The notes beneath the pieces were generated by a model. That model was not told where the DNA came from, did no database searches, and saw only the letters and a list, made by a program, of their open reading frames with translations. From Basidiobolus meristosporus CBS 931.73 (Eukaryota; Fungi; Basidiobolomycota), in contig MCFE01000598.1 in NCBI GenBank assembly GCA_002104905.1, positions 1 to 54,785 on the forward strand: DNA of 54,785 nucleotides. Direction: 5' to 3'. Position 1 is the first letter of the stretch, and each line of letters begins with the position of its first letter. Made by a program: the position numbers and the translations under genes. Below, in pieces: positions 1-11,601 of this stretch.

Positions 1-453
1 TCTATACAACAAACACTCGGTGTGTATTGTAGATTTGCTTGTGTCGGTCAATACATGCTTAACCAGTGGTGAGTACAATTTTATCTTCCTTTTTAGCAAC
101 AATACTCTTGATGGTAGTTGCAGCTATGGGTTCAGTGTTTCCCGAGGCATTGACTGTTGAGCGCGCAATGGTAACTCTCTCAAACCGCAAGTCAAAATGA
201 AGCGAAAAACTACGTTTAGCTTCTTTGCCTTTAGTATTGGCCTCTGTTCTCCTGGAAAGAACCTTCTTGTACAGAGTTCTGTTCTCTACAAAGCTTCACC
301 AGTCCCTCGAGTCTGAATTCCATAGGTGTGTAAAAAAATGGCACTCAGACAAAGGATGGTGTCAGGATTGAATATATCACAGGCAATAAGAAGGGTATTC
401 ACATCCACGTGTATCAATATTGACTATATTTGTTTCCAAGAGTCACAACAAGT

Positions 454-586
454 ATATTTCGCAACACAAATTAGAGAACCAGGGAGAACTAGGGAAATAT
501 TGAATATTTATGGGCTAAGGTACATTATAAATATATTTCGCAAACAGATTAGAGAACATGAATTATTTATAAGCTAAGATACATTG
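454..586. repeat. Imperfect direct duplication in an AT-rich stretch
   Basis: atatttcgcaacacaaattagagaac (~454) recurs as atatttcgcaaacagattagagaac (~533). gaatatttatgggctaaggtacatt (~502) recurs as gaattatttataagctaagatacatt (~560). Confidence 0.55.
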
Positions 587-626
587 ATTAGGATGCGCAT
601 TGGGGGTGTTCATTGAGCGGAGCACA

Positions 627-2485
627 TCACTCAGACACTAAATTGCGCTTCTGCATCCTGATGTATTTAATTCCCAAGCTGAACAGGAATAGCAATCCAG
701 ACATTCCAATGGCGATGTAAAAGATGGTACGTAATACATGAACATACACCCCCATCACAGCTAGTCGTTCTTCTGTGGGTAGGGTGTCCATGAATTGGAA
801 GCTATTCGTCGCCTCCTGGATTGGGATATTATAGCTTAACTTGGACAGTCCAGTGACCAACTGGTTGTTGTATATTGAGCCGCATATGGCGATTCCCAAC
901 ACTCCACCAACCGAGCGGAAGAAGGATGACATAGTTGTCACTACACCCATATCTTTCGGAGACACCTCTGATTGGCCCGCCAAGATCAATGTTTGAATGC
1001 AACAACCAGCTCCAGCTCCCACGATGATCAAGAAGCCAATCTGCTCGCCATGGCCAGTATTGGCATTCCAAATGGTCAGCAATCCTACACCCACCGTCAT
1101 GACTGCTGATCCGACCCAACACCAGACGACGATCACCCCGGTCTTCGAGATGAAGAATCCGGAGACAATACTGAATAGTGAAGCGGAAAGCAGCATGGGC
1201 AGCATCTGGAGTCCGGAAGTGGTGGCAGAATCCCCACGGACAACCTGGAAGTACATTGGGACGTAGTATACCAATCCAAAGAATGCCATACCAAAGAAGA
1301 ACTGGGCGATGAAGGAGAACAACGGATTACGCATGCCAAACAACCGACAAGGGATGATTGGCTCGGCTGCAAATCGGTACTCCACTACGATAAATGCTAT
1401 CAAGAGTGCTCCCGAAACACAGTAAAGAGATATGATTCTTGGTGAGCTCCAGGGGTAATCTGCACCTCCCCATTCGGTGGGCAATAAGAGAGTGATGATG
1501 CATGCCAGAAGCAGCGCCGTCCCGAGGAAATCGATTCTCCGGATCTTTTCCTTGAAAGAGCCTGTCGGCGTAGGAAGTTGCAGGAACAGAGAGACGATCA
1601 CTACGGTAAGCGCACCGATTGGCAGGTTGACGTAGAAAGACCACCTACAGCGACAAGTGTTAGTCAGCCATCTACCAAGAGTGAGGGAAGGGGATCAAGG
1701 TTACCTCCAAGTAGTGTCATCCGTAAAGATGCCACCGAGTAATGGGCCCAGAACAGATGCGATACCGAACTGTAGATTCAACGAGGTTTAGAACCAGCGA
1801 TATAATCAACTATCAACCGCTTCCTTGACTTACTGTAGCGCCGATGAATCCTTGGTACTTTCCGCGCTCTCGGAGCGGGACGATCTCGGTGATAATAATG
1901 AAGACCATACCCTCGACTGAGAAAAGAGCGAGTTAGATACGCGTCAAAAGAGTTCGGGAGGGATAAATACTCACTGCCTCCACCTCCGATTCCTGAGATC
2001 GCTCTAGACACAATCAGCATGGTCATGTTCTTGGAAGCTCCACATAGCGCGCTGCCCACCTCAAAGATGACAATGGCGAAGAGGAATACTATTTTACGTC
2101 CAAAGATATCCGAAAACTAGTTCACCTGGTTAGTACCATGAAATATGTTGCCCTGTATGAGGGAACTCACCTTTCCGTAGAGAGGCTGGCAAGCCGTAGC
2201 AGTCAACATGTAGGCAGTAGCCACCCAAGCAACCTGGTTTATTGCGCCAAAATCTGATGCGATTTTGGGCAGAGCGGTGGCCACGATTGTCTGATCAAGA
2301 CCAGCCAAAAGGACGGCCATTGCAAGGCCCAGAAAGACCAATAGCAGCTTTCCAAAAGGTAGAATCGCTGGATCATCCACCTCCAGCTCTGGTTTAGATG
2401 CGTTCTTTTCTAAATCCTCCAGCTTCAAGGGGCCTGAAGGAGCTGATTGCTTCTCAGCTAAGATGGCAGTAGGTTCGACCCGCAT
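627..2485 (-). CDS. MFS drug:H+ antiporter (DHA2/14-TMS family), 5 exons, about 540 aa
   Basis: GT-AG introns at 2117-2170, 1917-1974, 1770-1833 and 1645-1704 join the ORFs into a 1623-nt frame. Motifs include LDQTIVATALPKI, YGKFSDIFGRK, RERGKYQG, GPLLGGIFTD and WRWSFYVNLPIG. Confidence 0.93.
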
Positions 2486-3737
2486 TGTATGTTAGAGCTA
2501 TCAATCCAGATCACCTGTTTATATAGGAATGCGCAAGAGAACGGAAGGTATGTGCACTATTCCGCAACTCTAACAAGCCACGGAAATTCGGCTCCACTCA
2601 GATATACCAAGGTTGGAACAAGCCCAGTATACCAAACTTACACCCAAGCATTCCTTCCACCAGAAGAGAGTTTGTTTCTGCACCACTGGGACATAAGAAG
2701 GAGCGACTCTCTTCTGATTAGAGAATTCTATGGACTAGATCTAGATGTATTCTCGGCAATATCCCTCATTTGGCAGGAATTCTATCTGGGTTGGAAAATA
2801 ATAGGAATGTCTTGATTGGGCTCCAGTTGCTGCGAATCTCAGATCGAGGCCAATCAGAAACATTCCCAACCATGAATTGACCAACTCCTGCTTGACAGTT
2901 TTGACGTCATTATCTAGATTTGGTACCGGAATATCGGGTGGGGTTGAAAAGCGGAACAACGGATCGTGGTTTAAACTTGGGGGTAGGAGCTATTGATGAA
3001 TGAGGATGATGGCGAAACATGGCACTGACAGATATGAACTAAACAAACAAAAGTCATGTGAAATCGAGCGTTTAGGCTTTTCGGTCATCAAGTTCATCCA
3101 GCCACCGTAACGTTGGTGTTGCCAGAAGGCGGCTCGGGAAATCCTACCAGACGATATTATATGCTGGGGTGATAATTCGGCAGCGTACATGGAGACCCCT
3201 AGAAGTAACGGGTCATGAGTTTTGTATATCTAGTGGATTTACGGTTGAAGAGAGTTGATGGAACTTTCTCTGGTAGTTTACGGATTGTTGCTATGTGTAT
3301 TTTAATTGGAGTGAAAGTCATGATATACGTGTTGCACTTGAGCGATGTAAACTATAGCTTTGGCTGGTAGCCCATGGATGATAACCTAGAGCTCGTCGAT
3401 GTGAGCCCTGGAAATGATCAGTGGCGAATACATGCTTCTGAAAGACAATGCTTTATGCCAGAGAATGTGGTATAGTCTCTCCATTAGTTTTGAGAATTCT
3501 GAGTCGTTACTATATTCCTTGATTTATAGTAAACGTATGATTTGATTGTAATGCTATAGCAATAACTTTATCGCCTAGATCTTGGTCTATGATCCCAACT
3601 ATTCACTGAACTAATACTTTTTTGTATTTACTTGAATTATTATGACCAAAATGTCTGACTTCTAGAGAATTACATTCCACAAAGTTGCCCAAAAGACTCC
3701 AAACTCTGTTCTCTTGCTCTTTAACATATTTATAAAG

Positions 3738-4069
3738 TGTTGTAAAAGTTCGTATTTCCACCTAAATATTCACCTAACTTAGTCACTTAGATCATTACCT
3801 TCATATCCTAGAGAATACTGACCAAATTCCTTGTCGGGATTTACTTAGAATATTTACCCAGAACATGAAAATTAGATAAGTTGTCCAAACAGCCCCAAAC
3901 TTTGCACGCATGTTCTTGGGACCTTCCTTAACCTATTCTACGTGTTTGTTATGCCAAGACCAGGTAAAAGTATAAATACTACTTTTACATTCAATAAATC
4001 ATAAAGTGATAACCACATAATCTACTTGTTCTCCCAATCGCTTTCAATATCTCCAAGACTCTTACAACA
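3738..4069 (+). mobile_element. Ty1/copia solo LTR with 5-bp TSD
   Basis: Begins TGTTG and ends CAACA, flanked on both sides by TAAAG. The same family follows the copia RNase H remnant at 20336. Confidence 0.85.
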
Positions 4070-4221
4070 TAAAGAAAATTTGAAATCTAATTAATTATTA
4101 AATGAAAGCCTGCTGTAGTCTAGTCTATTTAGTTTGTAAGATATTGGTTGACTCTTAGAGTTAGTGAAGGCCTGGAAGCTATCAGCATTTTCTGACTTCT
4201 CCAAAAAAACTCCAGACTTTG

Positions 4222-4565
4222 TGTTGTAAGAGTTTTGGAGATATTGGAAGTGATTGGGAGAACAAGTAGCTTATGTGATGTTCACCTAACAACTTATTAA
4301 ATTTAAAAGAGATACTCATAAGTTTACTTTGTCTTGCTGAAAAACTGCAAAGAATATACTTAGGAAGGTCCCAAGAGCATGTGTGCAGAGTTTGGGGCTG
4401 TTTGGATAACTCTGGGATATTTCATTTCCTGGGTACCTAATGTTTTGGTGAAATATTTTAGTAAATCCCAACAAGGGATTTGGCCGGATTCTTGAAGATT
4501 TGTAGACAATGATCCAGGTGACCAAGTTAGGTAAATATATAGGTGCAATTACAACATTTGCAACA
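4222..4565 (-). mobile_element. Ty1/copia solo LTR (reverse) with 5-bp TSD
   Basis: Reverse-complement homolog of 3738-4069 with TGTTG...CAACA ends, flanked by CTTTG on both sides. Confidence 0.8.
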
Positions 4566-4779
4566 CTTTGCATGCAGTTAACTGAGACCTTCAATACTTT
4601 CGAGCTCTTGTGCAGCCATAAGTACATTGTTTGAACTCAACAAAGACCTAGTGAATACCATGCAATTCCGCTTGTTCTCAAATCACTTTCAGTGCTCCCA
4701 AGAATTGTACAACAGTTGGGACCCTACAGAATACAAATGCACTTGTCCCATCAAGACCATATAACCTCACATATATTGC

Positions 4780-5123
4780 TTATATTTTGTACTTACACCT
4801 AAATACTCTCCAGACTTGGTCACCTAGATCATTATCTACAAATCCCAGAGAGTTCTGACCAAGCTTCTTGTTGGGATTTGCAAAGAATATATTATCACCA
4901 AAACATCAGGTACCCAAAACATGAGATTTCTTAAAGTTGTCTAAACAGCACTAAACTTTGCATGCATCTTTTTGGGACATTCCTGCACATATTCCTCATG
5001 TTTGTTTTGCTAAGATTATGTAAAAGTAAAATACTGCTGTTATTTTCTATAAATCAATGGGTGAAACTACTTGATCTACTTGTTCACCCAAATACTTCAA
5101 ATATCTCCAAGACTCTTATATCA
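4780..5123 (+). mobile_element. Degenerate copia LTR copy
   Basis: Shares cacctaaatact..., ttgttgggattt, aaactttgcatgcat and atatctccaagactctta with the LTR family. Boundaries are approximate. Confidence 0.65.
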
Positions 5124-5743
5124 TATACCACCTTTGCACTATATAAAGTACTGAGTAAAAGCTGTAAAGTCTGCTTATTCTCTTAATCACTTCTAATATC
5201 TCCATAATTCATGCAATAGCTGCATCTAAGCAAATCTAGAAGATTTGAAAATACCAATAGGTCTCTGGCTCAGTATACTGTTAGATAGCTTACATAGCAA
5301 ACAGATGATAATATGTAATCTAGGCTTTGTCTTAATGTGTACTTGAGATATTTGAAGTGCTGATATAATTGGCTCATATAGACCAATGCTTCTAAGATAC
5401 TTGAGGATTAAGTTCAGTGTACTACCAAGTTATGAGTGACTTATTGACATTTGAGCTTGTATGATTTTTGCCAGTTTTTATATTACTGAGGCTATGGAAG
5501 CTATGTAGTACTGAAGGTATGCCATAATGCCCAAGATGTGTGCACTACTTTGTGCTATTTTTTTTGAAATGGTTATTTGATTTGATATACAAAGCTCTAC
5601 TCCCAGGATATATTCTGTACTACAGCTTGATGAAACATGTGATTACTTTATGACCCTACTAGCTCTTGAGGTCACTGTCAGTACTACTGAGTATTTTAAA
5701 TCAATATAAATATGTGGCATAGTAGAGATCTACTATTTGATGT

Positions 5744-6090
5744 TGTTGAAAAAGTTTGGAATTCCACTTAAATACTCACCTAACTTAGTCACTTAGATCA
5801 TTAGCTACAAACTTTATAGAATAATTGACCAAGCTCCTTGATTGGATTTACTGAGAATACTTTAGCCAAAATATCAGGTACCCAGAACACAAAAGTTAGA
5901 TAAGTTGCTCAAACAGCCCCAAACTTTACACACATGTTCTTGGGACCTTCATAAGCCTACTTTGCGTGTTAGTTATGTTAAGACCATGTAAAAGTTTAAA
6001 TACTACTTTTACATTCAATAAATCATTTAGTGAAAACCATATAATCTACTACTCCCAATCACTTCCAATATCTCCAAGACTCTTACAGCA
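5744..6090 (+). mobile_element. Ty1/copia solo LTR with 5-bp TSD
   Basis: TGTTG...CAGCA, homologous to 3738-4069, flanked by GATGT on both sides (5739-5743 and 6091-6095). Confidence 0.8.
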
Positions 6091-6104
6091 GATGTAAGTA
6101 CCTA

Positions 6105-6800
6105 GTATTGTCTGAGTTTCAGAGATATTAGAAGTGATTGACAGCATAAGTATATTTTGTGGTTTTCACTTAATAATTTGTTAAATATAGAGGTAGTTTA
6201 TATACTTTTTGATGGTCTTGGCAAAAAAACCCGTAAAATAGGTTTAGGAAAGTTTCAAGATCATGTGTGAAGAGTTTGGGGCTGCACACAGCTGAGCTGT
6301 TTGGAACCATCGATGTAGCTTCTTACTATAATCTTTACAAAGCTTACCTAACTATACAAGTACTCTATTTCAACTCAATAAGATAATAAGTGAATTACAT
6401 GCGATTTGAGTTCGCCAATACACTTGGTTCAAGTTGTGACGCTACCTTTGGCCCTTGAGACCAGTTGTCAGAGTTCTTGAGGTATTTGAGGTGACTGCGA
6501 GAACAAGTAGATTATCATTTATTATTTAATGAATCTACAAGTGAAGTGGTTACTTTAACATGATCTTGACAGCACCAGCACGTGAAGTAATGTTTAATAA
6601 GGTCCCAATAACATGTGCGTAAAGTTAGGAGGCCTTTGGACGACTTTGACAATTCTCATTTTCTGGGAACCTGATATTTTGGTAAAATATTCCTAGTGAA
6701 TTCCAATAAGGAATTTGAACAAGACATTGTAAGATTCAAAGAATATGATCTAAGTAACTAAGTTAATAGAACATTTAAGAGTAATTACGAAATTTGAAAT
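6105..6800 (-). mobile_element. Two fragmentary reverse copia LTR copies
   Basis: gagatattagaagtgattg...agtttggggctg (about 6110-6290) and gagaacaagtagattat...gtaactaagtta (about 6470-6780) match the reverse LTR consensus. Confidence 0.6.
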
Positions 6801-7077
6801 AACCTCTAGGCCTTTACTTGGATGATTTCTTAAGTAAACGATTCATAACTTGGCAGTAAGTTAAACAGAATCCTAAGGTATATGAACTTTCCGTTGTCGT
6901 ATTCCTAACCCTAAATCGCAGAGAACCCATGCTGCTTGAAATAGTAGTTACTTCAAACTAGACTAATCTAAAGATAGTAAGGCATGGTTTGCGAAAAATA
7001 AACTGAAAATGAGCCGAAACTATTGATTGGGTTTTATTGGGTTCAAATGCAAATTAATATAAGGTAGCTATTTACTT

Positions 7078-8895
7078 CTAGATGGCTTGACTAAATCCAC
7101 CATACTTCACCTTCCTGAGAGTAGGATCAAATAATTTACATACATTTCGTAGGAAGATGGTGCCCAAATAGTCACTTAGTACCACCAACTCTCCCTCTAG
7201 CAAAACCTTGTCATCTCTAGTGACTGGAGACCCGGAAAATTCCACGATCCCCTCTTCTTTCATCTCCTTCAGCTCGACATAAAACTCATCCGGGAGCAGT
7301 TGTGCCAACTCTTTGGTGATTACAACCTTTCCTTGGCAAGCAACATCCAAAATGGCCTTTTTGATGATCAAATCCTCCCTAGTCATCTCATGGCCCTTGA
7401 TGAGAGGGAGCTCGCCATTCTCAACTCTCTTGGTGTAATCCTTGACATTCTTCTCATTTTGGGCATAGCCATATTTGGCGTCACTGATGGCGGACATACC
7501 CAAACCGACAAGAAGCTGGGTTTTCTTGGCCACATAACCCATGAAGTTTCTGTGTAAGGTACCGTTCTGCTTGCCAATGAAAAGCTGATCTGTGGGTAGG
7601 GCGAAATGGTCCATACCAACATCCCTATAACCCATATCGGCAAATAGCTTCTTGCCTAACTCGTAAAGAGCGCGCTTATCGGTCTTAGAGGGCAGGTGAT
7701 GCTCGGTAAAGTTTCTCTGGCGAGGATTTACCCACGGGACATGCGCATAGCTGTAGTAGGCGATGCGGTCTGGCTGCAGGGAGCCGACCATGGTAATAGT
7801 CTGCTGCGTAGTCTCCATGGTTTGGTTTGGAAGGCCATAGATCAAGTCTAAAAATGGAATGAGTCAAAACGGCCCCACACGTCCACAGGATACAGAAACA
7901 TACCAAAGCAGATGGAGGTGTAGCCTATCCTCCGCGCCATGTTCATGACATTGTCCACGGTTTCGTAGGTTTGGACTCTGTTGATGATTTGCTGCACATC
8001 CGGATCAAAGTCTTGAATCCCCAGGCTAAGCTTCCTGAATCCAAGATCATACAATATCTGCAAATGCTCTTCACTTGTGCTGTTTGGATGTGCCTCGAAA
8101 CTGAACTCGTGCGAGGGATGAAGAGAGCAACCCTCCAGCAACCCATTGATCAACCGTTGCAAATTGCTAGGCGAGAAGAAGGTTGGCGTGCCCCCGCCCA
8201 AGTAAATCTCACAGATGTTGGGCTTTCCCGAGGTGGAAATCAAATAGTCTCTATAGATGGCCCATTCCTTGAGAACCGTATCGATGTAGGGGTCTTCGAC
8301 CTTATCATGATACTTGGTGATCACCTTCGTGCAGGCGCAGTAGTGGCACAGTCTGGTGATGGATTGAGCTTAGGGTCAGTACAATATTGCCACCACAATG
8401 CTTTGATACTACTTACTGCTCGCAGTACGGCAAATGTACATAAATGGCCATTCCAATGTCATCGTTTGTCTCGTCGAAGCATTTCTTGACAACCTTCAGC
8501 CAGTCGTCTTGTGTAGGCGCGGTTTCTGTTTTGTTCCAGAAGGGGACAGGTGGATAACTGGTGTATCGGGGTGCGGGAACGTCGTATTTACACACCAGAT
8601 CCTCGATGTCGGCCAAGCTGTCCAAGACTGACTTCTTGAGCTTTCTTTCTGCTTCTAGTGATCTGGCAGGCTTATGCTTTTTGATCTTCGAGCCCTCAGT
8701 AGTTTGTTCGGAGGTCTTAGCATCAGCATTGTCCTTGACCTCTGGAAATTGGGTAGAAACGCTCTTGGGGCATTGGGTGGAATCCTTCTCCTTTGCGGTG
8801 AATAGTCGCGGGATGAGATAGGATAGGACTACGGTGCCTAGAAGTATGTAGAACGATATGGTGAACGTTGAAGTACGGCCTACAGTTTCATCCAT
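7078..8895 (-). CDS. hemN: Oxygen-independent coproporphyrinogen III oxidase (radical SAM HemN) with N-terminal transmembrane extension, 3 exons, about 565 aa
   Basis: Introns 8353-8416 and 7848-7903 (GT-AG) give a 1698-nt frame. Motifs: KYDVPAPRYTSYP, IYVHLPYCEQLCHYCAC (CX3CX2CXC), YLGGGTPT, DLIYGLPNQT, YSYAHVPW, GMDHFA, LHRNFMGY and GLGMSAISD. Confidence 0.92.
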
Positions 8896-9230
8896 GACAG
8901 TTAGTAGAGATTTGCTGGTAAAAGCAATGTATCCGGGGAGGAAGGTTTTATCTACACTGGTCGCCACCAATTTGTATTAGTCAACCACCGGAAAAGCTCA
9001 GTCTAGATTGTCGATTTGATTCCAGACTACCAACAACTTCTATGTACACCAATAAGCACTCGGAGAGTCGTTGCCTCGACTATGATTAAGTAATCGTGAT
9101 ACTCGCAATTGATGGTATATATACATATTGTCGGGGCTCCAATTCTTCGGATTGTAGCCTATTTTAGATATTTGGTTCCGGATACCTATAAATGCCATCC
9201 TTCTCCGGGCCACCTTAAATAAATGGGATT

Positions 9231-9270
9231 AAAAGGCATTAAAAGGCATTAAAAGGCATCAAAAGGCATT
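9231..9270. repeat. 10-bp tandem repeat (AAAAGGCATT)x4 upstream of hemN
   Basis: aaaaggcatt aaaaggcatt aaaaggcatc aaaaggcatt read directly from the sequence. Confidence 0.9.
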
Positions 9271-10196
9271 ATATTGATTTCCTAAGATGATACTAACCTT
9301 TGGGTTTGAGATTCGTCCCCAAATCTCATCAACCAGTTGTCCCTCGCACGACTTGTATTAAATGATAGCACACTTAGATGAACGATTGCTCTCTACTATG
9401 CAAATCTAGGGTTAGGGTTCGCTAAAATGGCTGCTTACTTTTTGGACTTTAATTAATTGATTTCTGCATTGACGCTATATCCATGATTTGCATCAGCTAC
9501 TGTTTCCTGAGGGTGATATCATAAAACACCTACAGGTTTTCAGGGATGTTGGACGATAGATGGTTGGCAATTTGGTTGTATTCCCGTCGATATATTATGA
9601 CCATTCGCCATCCTCAGACCCCTCCTATTTAACTCCGACTTATCCTTATGTTCTTCTTCACCCACCTAATATACACTCCCTATTACTAGCGATTACGCCT
9701 GCATGCTAGGTATCTTATTCCTCTGCTTAATCCCTGCAGTTGGAGTCCTCTCAGTGCTATTTGTACAATGCTCTTTGGCCTTTACCCAGCAATATTCCAC
9801 ATCTTCAAATGCTAAAAACGAAAAGCCCGATCTTACCTCGGACCATCCCTTGGTCTGGCATTCACGAAATCATCCATCCATTTGGTTGAAACGACGTAAA
9901 TCCCGTAACAGCTGAGTGATGGATACCACCGAACAAGAGTATTCTTGGGACGTGGTGATGTACATTTGAAGAACTGCCTAAACCCCAGAGTATTCTAATT
10001 TTTGTAAAGAAACTTGTATATACCAAGCGTAGTAAACTGACTTAACCCCGGCAACATCTTCGACCCCTAACTAATAATATTGTTTGGTACGCTCACTATA
10101 TTCGGCTTATCTGTACGTGACAATGGTGACTCATAGACTACTACGTCATGATATTGGCTTATATAAACCAGTTAGATGTTCGGGTTTTAAATCATT

Positions 10197-11045
10197 ATGG
10201 AGTCTCCTAAGGTGCCCACAAACGCGAGTGACGATACTCGTAATGCTTCAGTTAAGCAAGTACATGATATAGCCGCAAGGGGATTTGAGTTGGACACAAA
10301 TGCATATGAAACAGCACGTCCCAGCTATCCTCCTGAGGCGATCGAACTTCTGCGAACGAAGCTGGGCCTTAAATCTGGCGAGTCACGTGTTTTGGACCTA
10401 GGAGCGGGGACGGGAATATTCACTCGTCTGCTGCAGCCATTCAATTATGACTTGGTGGCTGTAGAACCAGCGGCCAACATGAGAGCCAAGTTCTCTCAGG
10501 TGCTTCCTGACGTTCCAATCTTGGAGGGCACAGCCTGGAAAATTCCAGTGGAAGATAGCTCGTTGGATGTTGTCTTTGTTGCTCAGGCCTTTCACTGGTT
10601 CAGTGATGTCGCTGCCATCCAAGAGTTCAGCAGAGTGTTGAAACCAAACGGTTACCTAGCTCTGATATGGAACTTGGAAGACAGAGCTCAAGCCAAATGG
10701 GTTGGGGCCATCAGAGATATTTATGAAAAGCATGAACGTGGCTCACCCCAGTACCGGTTGGGCTTGTGGAGAAAAGTATTCGAGACCGAAGAATATCGCC
10801 GCCTCTTTGACCCACCCACTGAGGCCCATTTGCAACGTGAGGTATTGTCAGATAAACAGACCATTTGGACCCGTATATCCAGCAAGAGCTATGTCGCATC
10901 GCTGGATGCCGAGCAGAAGGAAACCTTGAAGCAACAAATCTTGGACACGCTCAACTCTGCGGAGGACATGGAGATAGACAAGGAGTCGGGTCTTGTCAAA
11001 TTCCCGTACGTTACTGACATCGTGTGGTGTCAAAAACGAGCTTAA
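10197..11045 (+). CDS. Class I SAM-dependent methyltransferase (Methyltransf_11-like), copy A, intronless
   Basis: 282-aa ORF with VLDLGAGTG (motif I), VAVEP, AQAFHWF and YETARPSYP. Confidence 0.9.
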   Translation: MESPKVPTNASDDTRNASVKQVHDIAARGFELDTNAYETARPSYPPEAIELLRTKLGLKSGESRVLDLGAGTGIFTRLLQPFNYDLVAVEPAANMRAKFSQVLPDVPILEGTAWKIPVEDSSLDVVFVAQAFHWFSDVAAIQEFSRVLKPNGYLALIWNLEDRAQAKWVGAIRDIYEKHERGSPQYRLGLWRKVFETEEYRRLFDPPTEAHLQREVLSDKQTIWTRISSKSYVASLDAEQKETLKQQILDTLNSAEDMEIDKESGLVKFPYVTDIVWCQKRA

Positions 11046-11151
11046 CAACAAGCATGGAAGTAAAAGGGCAATCGGATTCGTCTATGGGATTCTTTTATTA
11101 TTGTCAAATCAAGGCTTAATAAAGTCTACAGTGTAGATATACGAATGGTGT

Positions 11152-11296
11152 CTACCACCAAGTGTATTTGCTTACCTCGGAGGAGTTTGGATTAGCTATT
11201 CTTAGTCCTGATGTAGTGAGCTACTATCGATCCTAGTAAGGAAATATTCCAGTCCCACAGCGGCGACACCAGTGACGGCTGTTAACGGTAAGATAG
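11152..11296 (-). pseudogene. Decayed paralog of the 73-aa membrane microprotein
   Basis: Retains LPLTAVTGVAAVGLEYFLT and the terminal KYTWW* but has an internal deletion, an in-frame stop and no matching start. Confidence 0.7.
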
Positions 11297-11601
11297 CTGT
11301 TTATAGTGTTTATAGCAGTAGCTGAAACAACGTGGAATATGGAGGAGCTGAATAACAGTTACCTCTAAATAGGTTTATTATTCAGCAACACTCTTAAAGA
11401 GTCGTGAGAGCTGATATAAACACTCGGATACTCTTGGAATGATACTGTGTGTCTACCGAATTTATTCCACCTCCTTTTCAACAAATCATCATCAGGCTAT
11501 TATGTCACGCTCGTACGCGGATATAGATCAGGTGGGAAAATCATTGCGTTTCAAGAGATACCTGCGAACATGAGTGAAGATCTCGTCATGATGAATCAAC
11601 C

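Noticed and set aside
326-577. 83-aa ORF
   Set aside because: GTG start, AT-rich and built from an imperfect tandem duplication, with no protein signature.
7078-8970. HemW/RSAD1 heme chaperone or class C radical SAM methylase; TTG start at 8970
   Set aside because: The fourth Cys (CX3CX2CXC), PRYTSYP and RNFMGY indicate true HemN. A eukaryote would use the ATG at 8895, and the sequence near 8960-8985 looks like an intron 3' end.
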